Shown here: positions 25,172-32,000 of the stretch, one piece after another
Position numbering within the stretch: position 1 is the first letter of the stretch
Layout: every line of letters starts with the position of its first letter
Assembly (NCBI GenBank): GCA_030668875.1
Contig: DAOVER010000003.1
Location: 60,001-92,000, forward strand
Origin: Candidatus Heimdallarchaeota archaeon
Lineage (GTDB): Archaea > Asgardarchaeota > Heimdallarchaeia > Heimdallarchaeales > Heimdallarchaeaceae
Length of the DNA: 32,000 bases
Reading direction: 5' to 3'
Made by a program: the position numbers and the translations under genes
Notes under the pieces: generated by a model
Database searches by the model: none
What the model saw: the letters and a program-made list of their open reading frames with translations, nothing else
What the model was told of the DNA's origin: nothing

Positions 25172-26308
25172 TCATTTGGTGTCATTTTTTATTGTTTTTT
25201 GTTCAGTCGTTTTAGCTTTCTCATTTTCCTTTGTGTTGATATAGGACAGCATAGAAACTGTTACAAGTAATATGCCCGCACCGATTATCTGCAATGTGGT
25301 TAGACCATAACCCAGGAAGAAATAATTTACAAAAATTGCTAGTAGTGGAAAAGCTAATTCTGCGAGTCCAGCAATTGTAGCTTTTGATCGTTTCAAACCA
25401 AAGTAGTAGAGTGCTAAAGGTAGAACTCCTCCTGTTAAGAACGCTGAGTAAGCAATACAGGCAATTACAGGCCAAAAACCATTGTACACTTGTGGATAAA
25501 CACTTATTCCATTAGTAAGAAATACATAATGTGAAACATCGAATAATCCTGGAGAAACGTAGATACCAGCAAATAGAAACTCAAAATAGGTACTGTTGTA
25601 TGTCAAAAGGATACCATTAAAGACTAATAAGAAGAAAAATCCACCCACATATCTTAGAAATGTCAAATCCCAATAGTTTAATTTTTCTGTTAAACGCCTT
25701 CCAAATACTGTTGATCCACCCCACATTGTGGCTGCTAATAATGAACATAATACTGCAATAAAGCCTACCCAATTGAAGGGTTGACCAGATTTAATTAATT
25801 CTTCAAAGACTATGAGAAATACCCCTATCAGCGAAAGTGAAAGGGCGACATAATACTGCCAAGTTGGCTTTTCCTTCAAAATAGCTGCAGCAAAAGCTAA
25901 TGTAATAAGAGGTTGAGTTTTTTGAAGAAGAATAGCCACAGTTGGATTACCCATTCCTAATGAAATTAGGAAGAAAAACAATCCAAGAGCTGATCCTCCC
26001 ATAGATACGTATATTAATGCAAACCAATCTTTTTTTTCAAATTCTTTCAAGGTTTGGAAAATCTGTTTGAAACCTCTTCGAACTAGAATTATTGGTGCTA
26101 GAATAATGATGCCAAAAAAGTGTTCTATTAAACTTATAAATGCTGAAGCTCTTGGCATTGCTAAATAATTTGTAGTTCCCCATGAAAATCCTGGAGATTG
26201 GATAAGTAAAGGGTTTCTTACAGGTGCATCAAAAGCACGAGCAGCATTTGCTAAAGAAACTAGTGCAGGACCAAATTTATTGTCAACTTGCTTTTTTACA
26301 TCAGACAT
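25172..26308 (-). CDS. EamA/DMT-family transporter
   Basis: About 10 TM in two repeats; LLQKTQPLITL.FAAAILKEK, YYFGLKRSKATIAGLAELAFPL.A. Confidence 0.88.
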   Translation of the reverse strand: MSDVKKQVDNKFGPALVSLANAARAFDAPVRNPLLIQSPGFSWGTTNYLAMPRASAFISLIEHFFGIIILAPIILVRRGFKQIFQTLKEFEKKDWFALIYVSMGGSALGLFFFLISLGMGNPTVAILLQKTQPLITLAFAAAILKEKPTWQYYVALSLSLIGVFLIVFEELIKSGQPFNWVGFIAVLCSLLAATMWGGSTVFGRRLTEKLNYWDLTFLRYVGGFFFLLVFNGILLTYNSTYFEFLFAGIYVSPGLFDVSHYVFLTNGISVYPQVYNGFWPVIACIAYSAFLTGGVLPLALYYFGLKRSKATIAGLAELAFPLLAIFVNYFFLGYGLTTLQIIGAGILLVTVSMLSYINTKENEKAKTTEQKTIKNDTK

Positions 26309-26421
26309 CTTATTCCTCTTCTACTCTAAATTGGTAACCGATTATTCTGCTGGTGTAACATTTTTAAGTTTTATCGTGCAAAAATGAGTAAGAGCACATC
26401 TATTTTGTAAATGTGATTTTC

Positions 26422-28263
26422 TCAAGACATAGTAAGGTCGGATAATAACATCTTTTCATACACTTCTTGATACATGACTCGAATAGATTCTGAAGTAAGA
26501 TCCTTTTCAAACTGTTTTTTCATCCTTTCTTGTTCACTTCTTCGAGTCACAATTCTTTTCCCTATATTGTAGATAGATTTCAGAAGTGACCAAATGAGTA
26601 GTGGAATAAAGAGTAAAATTTTCAGTAGAAACTTACCAAGTTTCTGGAATATTTTCTTGAAGTCAACATCAAGATCTTTTTTGTAATTAAGCTTTCTTCC
26701 CCTTTTTGCTACGGTTAAGTAGGCATCTGATAAAGTTGAAAATATTTCAAAAAATCTCTGTTTAAAGAAACTTCCTGGTCTAAATTTACCTAAATCAACA
26801 ATAGCTTTCCCAACCATGATTATTATGTGTTTGATATAATTATAAATTGCTATGATAAGCGTAAAGATTGGCATCAAAGGAGCAATGAATAAGTAAGCAA
26901 GCTTTTTACCATATTTTTTGTACCATGGTTCAGTAGTAAATTTGTCTTTCAAATATTGTTGAGCCCCCAATGCTAAAGCAATAGCTAATTTGTTATATTC
27001 GACATCTGAGATTATTTGATCATATTTTTCTTCTTGTTGAGCTATTCCTTTAAGAGCTCCTGTAATCATGACTGAGGAGAACAAATCATGACTCAAATAA
27101 CCTTCTTCTATTTTCCTTAATATTAGTTGTAAGGATTCTGTAGCTTCTTTCTCTGACATCTTATTGTCTCTCGCAAAACTTTCTAAAGCTTCATCCTTTC
27201 TCCATGGAAAAATCGATGATTCCTGAGACCAAATCAATAATGCAAATGTTCTTGCAGTCTTGCTTTTTATAGTAGAAATGTCCAACTTACTTAGAGGAAT
27301 TTCTGCTTTGTTTAGTAAACTTTCCAATTGCTTTTTTGATCTTTCAGGTACAAACTTATTTTCCAATGCTAATAGATCTTGAACCCTGTCCTTCATCTCG
27401 TCTAATTCCTCCATCATTTCCAGTTTAAAGTCTTGATAAGTCTCGGTTGAAATTGGTGGAGCATCAAAGAAACTAAATGAAGATTTTGCTAAGAAATATG
27501 GAAGAGAAAAGAAGTTCTCTACATCTTGATAGAAAGAAGCCCATCTATATGCACCCATTCTCATCATATATACACTGCATTCATGGAATAGCGCGTAAGT
27601 GGGTCCAAAAATTGTTGCTATCCATGAAGCCATTAAAAGACCTGTTCCAAACAAGATCAAGGCAATTGCGCTTACAGTACTTGAATGAGCATTAAAGACC
27701 CCCCATTGACCGTACACTGAATCTGCTATTGTATAGTTAAACTGATCGAAATAATAACCGTATGGGAGATGAGCAATTTGTTCTACGAAATTTCCAATTA
27801 GTTGTAGAAGATCCTCTCCCCAGATGGCTGTTGGAATTAAGAAGAATACAATGGGAGTAACAGCTAAATTGATTGCTTCACCAAGACCACGTCTGATAGG
27901 ATAATTTTTGATCATTTTTGATTCTCTTACTCTAATATCCTCTAATTCCTTTGAAACCTCCAGAATCTCTTTTGATTTCTTCCCTGCTAAAAATTCTGAA
28001 GTTGTTACAAAATATTTTCTGTACATTTGAAGTAACGGAACTAATTCTCTTAATCCACTTGGAACTAAAATATCAAACAAATTGAGTAATAATTTCCCTA
28101 ATGTGGAAATAAGAGTGAATAAACCGGCTAGTAGTACAAAAACTACCTTCATCACTCCTGGAACTTTTTGTTCGTCTATCTTTTTAGCACTCTTCTTTAC
28201 ATCTTTTTTGTTCTTCTTGTTCTTTTTAGGAGAGTGTTTATTAGAGTCATTACTAGATACCAT
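26422..28263 (-). CDS. Large hypothetical membrane protein
   Basis: 613-aa ORF with a Lys-rich N-terminus, several TM segments and a central charged helical region; no recognised family. Confidence 0.7.
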   Translation of the reverse strand: MVSSNDSNKHSPKKNKKNKKDVKKSAKKIDEQKVPGVMKVVFVLLAGLFTLISTLGKLLLNLFDILVPSGLRELVPLLQMYRKYFVTTSEFLAGKKSKEILEVSKELEDIRVRESKMIKNYPIRRGLGEAINLAVTPIVFFLIPTAIWGEDLLQLIGNFVEQIAHLPYGYYFDQFNYTIADSVYGQWGVFNAHSSTVSAIALILFGTGLLMASWIATIFGPTYALFHECSVYMMRMGAYRWASFYQDVENFFSLPYFLAKSSFSFFDAPPISTETYQDFKLEMMEELDEMKDRVQDLLALENKFVPERSKKQLESLLNKAEIPLSKLDISTIKSKTARTFALLIWSQESSIFPWRKDEALESFARDNKMSEKEATESLQLILRKIEEGYLSHDLFSSVMITGALKGIAQQEEKYDQIISDVEYNKLAIALALGAQQYLKDKFTTEPWYKKYGKKLAYLFIAPLMPIFTLIIAIYNYIKHIIIMVGKAIVDLGKFRPGSFFKQRFFEIFSTLSDAYLTVAKRGRKLNYKKDLDVDFKKIFQKLGKFLLKILLFIPLLIWSLLKSIYNIGKRIVTRRSEQERMKKQFEKDLTSESIRVMYQEVYEKMLLSDLTMS

Positions 28264-28318
28264 CTATAATAATAGAATAATCATCTATTTTTAAAATTGT
28301 GATAGTATCCGTTCTTAC

Positions 28319-30292
28319 CTATTTCTTTAGATGTAGTTCTACATAACTTGTAATGAACTCAATTTCTTCAGTGTTACAACCATAGATTTGAAAGATTTTG
28401 CTATCTATCAGATCATCTATTTTCTGCCTATTTTCTTTATCTATAGAAGATAAAATCTCATTTACATGATCACTAATTTGAATAATGTCTTCCAAAGATG
28501 GTACAAGAATAGGTAAATCATGAAGAAACATAGGTAGATAATGCAGATACCGTCCCATTATTTCTGTTCCTGCGTACATAGTAGCATAGAGAAAGCTGAA
28601 TAATTTACTATTCAATGTAGCCAGAATTAACTCTAAATTTACATTCAGTTTTTCAGATTTTTCTTTAAGATGTCCCAATAGAAAAATGTCTTTGCTTACA
28701 TAAGATTCTCTGTCTAGTGTGGCTCTAATCCTTAAGGAATGTTGACATAGGAAGATTTTTTCATCTGTAAAAAAATTAAGGTTTTGAAAATTGTTTAGCA
28801 ATCCCTTAGCTTTTTCTCTGTCATAATCTATCCAATAACCTCTCCAATTTATTCCATATCTTTCAACTTCTCTATTTCCACCAAATTCTCTTCCGCCAAT
28901 AAACTTCATTGGATATTTGCCTTGAGCTTCACGCGTTACAAACTTCTTTCGTAATCCTTTCCTATGAAATGAAACTGACCATCTAAATCTTATCAAATCG
29001 CTCATGTTGAAATTTGAAATATCGAACACTCTTTGAACAATTTGCAGAGATAGCCTCTCTAGAAAAAAAATAGTCTTGTTTAGTGTTCTTTCATAAGTAT
29101 GTGATTCTACAGCAATTTTCTTATTATCTAAGTTTTCTAGAAGAAGTTCATCTATTGAAACATCTGAGACCATACTTATTTGGTCTTTATGTCCCCGCTT
29201 ATTATCAAGAATCAATATGATAGGATAAACTGCTGGTCTGAATACCTTTTGATGTGCAAGATCGACTATTTGACTTATGATATTATTTTTTAAAAAGCTC
29301 TCCCTTAAGCTTTTACCATACCTAGAAATAAGAAATTTGTTAGGTATAATATAACCCAATTGTCCTTTCTTATTGAGTAATTGTGAACCATAATCTATGA
29401 AACAATTGTACAAATCAAAACTGCCCAAAACAGCGTTAGGGAAATTTGTTCTGCAGATAAACTTTGTATTTGCATCCATCCTTTTTGATTCTATGTATGG
29501 TGGGTTACCTACAACATAATCAAATTTCGATGATTTTAAGTTCTTGACTACTTGTAAGTCACTCTTCGACTTCTTTTCAAGAGAATTTGTTTGGAAAATC
29601 TTTAAATCCAGAATATGATTTATTGGATATTTTTCTTGTAATTCAGATATGATTGTTCTTGCAATATTTACTTTGGTTAGGAATACCGCTATAGGATCTA
29701 TATCGAAGCCATGTATTGTTTTTTCTATATAACTAATTATTTCCTGAGGTTTTAATTGAAGGTGTTTTGCTTGTCTTATTATTCTTTTAACAGCAGTTGT
29801 AAGAAAAAGTCCAGAACCACATGCTAAATCAATCATTTTCCCATAAGAAGTAAACTCATCGGAATTAGGGTAATTCATTTGATTTAGAATATATTCAATG
29901 ATCTCAACGGGTGTAAAAACAATTCCCTTTCTTTGCTTAATAGACTTTGTCAAAATGTCTTGATACAAGTTACCTAAAGGATCATCTATCTCTTTTATTC
30001 CCTTTTTCAGTGGATAGTTGTCAATAACGCTATAGTGTTTAGAAATTTCCTTTTGACTACAGTTCTCAAAACAGAAGGGAAAAAAACTATGAAGTAATGA
30101 TAATTTACCTTCGAGTTGAAGATTATGAGACATCAGGTTAAATTCTCCCATTTCTTCCATTAATAATGCAATAGAGAGAATTTGGAAATTCGTCATGTTA
30201 AAAAGTTGCTCCTTTGTTTTCAATTGCACACTTATTATTTCTATTTCATTAAGAAGTGTTTGAAAAATTGGCTCTTCTAACATTTTGATCAT
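28319..30292 (-). CDS. N6-adenine DNA methyltransferase (gamma class, Eco57I/TaqI-like) with C-terminal target-recognition domain
   Basis: GIVFTP, motif I IDLACGSGLFL, IHGFDIDP, motif IV FDYVVGNPPY (29495-29506), DLYNCF, GYIIPNKFL, TaqI_C-like C-terminus. Confidence 0.92.
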   Translation of the reverse strand: MIKMLEEPIFQTLLNEIEIISVQLKTKEQLFNMTNFQILSIALLMEEMGEFNLMSHNLQLEGKLSLLHSFFPFCFENCSQKEISKHYSVIDNYPLKKGIKEIDDPLGNLYQDILTKSIKQRKGIVFTPVEIIEYILNQMNYPNSDEFTSYGKMIDLACGSGLFLTTAVKRIIRQAKHLQLKPQEIISYIEKTIHGFDIDPIAVFLTKVNIARTIISELQEKYPINHILDLKIFQTNSLEKKSKSDLQVVKNLKSSKFDYVVGNPPYIESKRMDANTKFICRTNFPNAVLGSFDLYNCFIDYGSQLLNKKGQLGYIIPNKFLISRYGKSLRESFLKNNIISQIVDLAHQKVFRPAVYPIILILDNKRGHKDQISMVSDVSIDELLLENLDNKKIAVESHTYERTLNKTIFFLERLSLQIVQRVFDISNFNMSDLIRFRWSVSFHRKGLRKKFVTREAQGKYPMKFIGGREFGGNREVERYGINWRGYWIDYDREKAKGLLNNFQNLNFFTDEKIFLCQHSLRIRATLDRESYVSKDIFLLGHLKEKSEKLNVNLELILATLNSKLFSFLYATMYAGTEIMGRYLHYLPMFLHDLPILVPSLEDIIQISDHVNEILSSIDKENRQKIDDLIDSKIFQIYGCNTEEIEFITSYVELHLKK

Positions 30293-30384
30293 CTACTACT
30301 TTATGTTGTTTCTTAAATCTAATCAGTAAAAAATCTTTAGTATTTTGGAGAAATTATTAGTCAACGTTTTGAAATATTATACTT

Positions 30385-30876
30385 TTACACGTAACGTATC
30401 TTAAGTCTCTGATATCTTATTTGGCATGTTTTACATAGTAACGATGGCTTGTGAATCAACATTTCGAAGTTCTCAGTCTCCCTCATTATGCAATTTTCAG
30501 AACATCTTTTCAATCCTAGTACCCTTCCCACATGAAAAGCAACTTCTTTAGCAATCAAAGTTTTAGTAGCTAGCTTTGATGTTGTGACAATTGAACCTTT
30601 CAGTGATTCTGCATAACCATAAACATTATTTTGATCTACTATCAGAGGTTTGTCAATCAACAAAGTAAAATAAGATAAATTATCTCTCCTCATATTACTC
30701 AGTAATACTTTTGCATCAAAGGAATGCTTTGAATCATTCCAACAATCTTGTCTAGGAATTCTTACACCCACGATTCTAAATGACAGATCAAAAATGTCTT
30801 TTAAGAGTATTTCAACGTGATCTACAACGTCATCTGGGACATTTTCACTGTGATAAATTTTGAAATCTCTTAGCAA
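30385..30876 (-). CDS. Archaemetzincin (AmzA)-like protein with degenerate catalytic Zn motif
   Basis: KEVAFHVGRVLGLKRCSENCIMR...LCKTC aligns with archaemetzincin KEAVHELGHxxGLxHCxxxCVM...FCxxC; HExxHxxGxxH is lost, the four Cys are kept. Confidence 0.75.
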   Translation of the reverse strand: MLRDFKIYHSENVPDDVVDHVEILLKDIFDLSFRIVGVRIPRQDCWNDSKHSFDAKVLLSNMRRDNLSYFTLLIDKPLIVDQNNVYGYAESLKGSIVTTSKLATKTLIAKEVAFHVGRVLGLKRCSENCIMRETENFEMLIHKPSLLCKTCQIRYQRLKIRYV

Positions 30877-30971
30877 TAGAATCTAATGCATAATTTCTCT
30901 TTATTACCAATAAACTTTATGATAATATCATCAGCAGTTATTCATTAGAAAAATCTCAAAATGGTAAAAAA

Positions 30972-31421
30972 CTAGTGCTTTTTACGATATTCCGCCTCAC
31001 TAAAAATTTGCTGCCTTTCACCCATTTTGAGCAAGAAAGCTAAGCTGTTATCATCCTTACCTTGTGTTATTTCACGAACTATTTTCATGTTGGGAGGTAA
31101 ATTGTAACCGTGTTCAAAAATAATGCTTATTTTCATTCTCGAACCTTCTTCTAGTAATTCAACATTGCTTGATTCCACATAACCATCGGTATTGAATATT
31201 ATACACTTGATTTGTTCTTGTGTTTTGTCAAAGAACAAGTATAAACTTTCTAGAAGTTTTTCTTTTTTTTCAAGAATTTTTGTTATTTCTAGAACATGTA
31301 TATCAAAACCATAACTTCTCCATTTTATACTCGATTCATATTCTATCTCATTTTCAGTTATTGTTCCTTGCCAAGTACCAAGGAACCATTTGAGTAATGT
31401 GATCGGATTATCAAAGTCCAT
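30972..31421 (-). CDS. Hypothetical beta-barrel protein (lipocalin/nitrobindin/DUF1579-like)
   Basis: 149 aa; begins LKWFLGTWQG, followed by alternating beta-strand patterns. Confidence 0.5.
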   Translation of the reverse strand: MDFDNPITLLKWFLGTWQGTITENEIEYESSIKWRSYGFDIHVLEITKILEKKEKLLESLYLFFDKTQEQIKCIIFNTDGYVESSNVELLEEGSRMKISIIFEHGYNLPPNMKIVREITQGKDDNSLAFLLKMGERQQIFSEAEYRKKH

Positions 31422-31494
31422 CTTAAGAATCTACAGACAAATGTATTTAAAAACCCTACTTTGAATTAATTTTCAAGCTGTGTGTGATATTTGT

Positions 31495-32000
31495 ATGTCA
31501 AGCTTTGAAAAATCACTTTTAGAAGATTGGAAAGTTGAGAAAGAATTACTAGATGTAGCTTTTACTCACCCCAATCAAACTAATGAACATTCCGAGAATG
31601 AAAATTTTGAACGTCTAGAATATCTGGGAGATGCAGTTTTAAGTCTTTTAACTGCTGAATGGTTGTATGAAAATATCGATGAAGATGTAGGTATTCTCTC
31701 TATGTTAAGATCACTGCTTGTACAAACAAACACTCTAGCTGATATCGGAAATGACCTTGGATTAAAGAAACACCTTATTACAACTCCCAAATACAAAATA
31801 ACAAAAACTGACATTGAAGACTGCTTAGAAGCCATCTTTGGAGCTGTTTATCAATCAACTAATATTGAAAAAACAAAGGAATTTTATTATTTCTTGTTTA
31901 AACAACGACTAGAACATTTCAAAAAAGAAATATCTACTGAAAAAGGTAAAAAGAAGATTCTAAAACAAACAGTGTGTGAGCATAACCCAATTAATCAACT
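31495..32000 (+). CDS. rnc: Ribonuclease III (3'-truncated at window edge; not in ORF track)
   Basis: MSSFEKSLLEDW...AFTHP...ENFERLEYLGDAVL...TDIEDCLEAIFGAVY...HNPINQL: RNase III signature ERLE(F/Y)LGD, D-x2-E acidic pair, and the probable start of a dsRBD. Confidence 0.92.
   Translation, partial: MSSFEKSLLEDWKVEKELLDVAFTHPNQTNEHSENENFERLEYLGDAVLSLLTAEWLYENIDEDVGILSMLRSLLVQTNTLADIGNDLGLKKHLITTPKYKITKTDIEDCLEAIFGAVYQSTNIEKTKEFYYFLFKQRLEHFKKEISTEKGKKKILKQTVCEHNPINQ

Noticed and set aside
16277-28294. Further shadow ORFs (16277, 17753, 18148, 18875, 20853, 21423, 22451, 22554, 25221, 27477, 28082)
   Set aside because: Antisense or alternate-frame overlaps with supported genes. 18148-18360 is antisense to the 40-aa membrane ORF and runs into thiR.
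31575-31835. 86-aa minus-strand ORF
   Set aside because: Antisense shadow of the RNase III gene.
1-32000. Mobile elements, tRNA, rRNA, integrase or prophage
   Set aside because: No transposase or integrase motifs, terminal inverted repeats, cloverleafs or rRNA-like GC-rich tracts were recognised.

Overview
AT-rich archaeal chromosomal window, most likely from an Asgard archaeon. This is inferred from an unprenylated Rab-like small GTPase, CDP-archaeol synthase CarS, archaeal TATA and AGGTGA signals, and a ThiR-type regulator. Contents in order: the 3' part of a beta-helix/Ca-binding-repeat surface protein; a GC-rich, highly foldable ~190-nt intergenic element with its own TATA box and T-rich end (candidate novel ncRNA); Rab-like GTPase; Bcp peroxiredoxin; a frameshifted nitroreductase relic; membrane proteins; an ABC-2 exporter; a class I/II aminotransferase; carS; a PAS histidine-kinase-like protein with a decayed ATP-binding domain; feoA-feoB plus an unannotated Cys-rich 57-aa partner; an MFS exporter with an in-frame TAA near its start; DsrE; an isochorismatase-family protein with Cys->Ser at the catalytic site; YrdC/TsaC; an HTH protein; an unannotated 40-aa membrane protein; a thiR-thiB-thiP-thiQ operon ending in a translationally coupled APH/choline-kinase-family gene (candidate archaeal thiamine kinase); EamA; a large membrane protein; an orphan N6-adenine DNA methyltransferase; an apparently inactive archaemetzincin; and an RNase III gene cut by the right edge and missed by the ORF track. 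No rRNA, tRNA, CRISPR array or transposase was seen. All calls come from reading motifs by eye; no database search was run.
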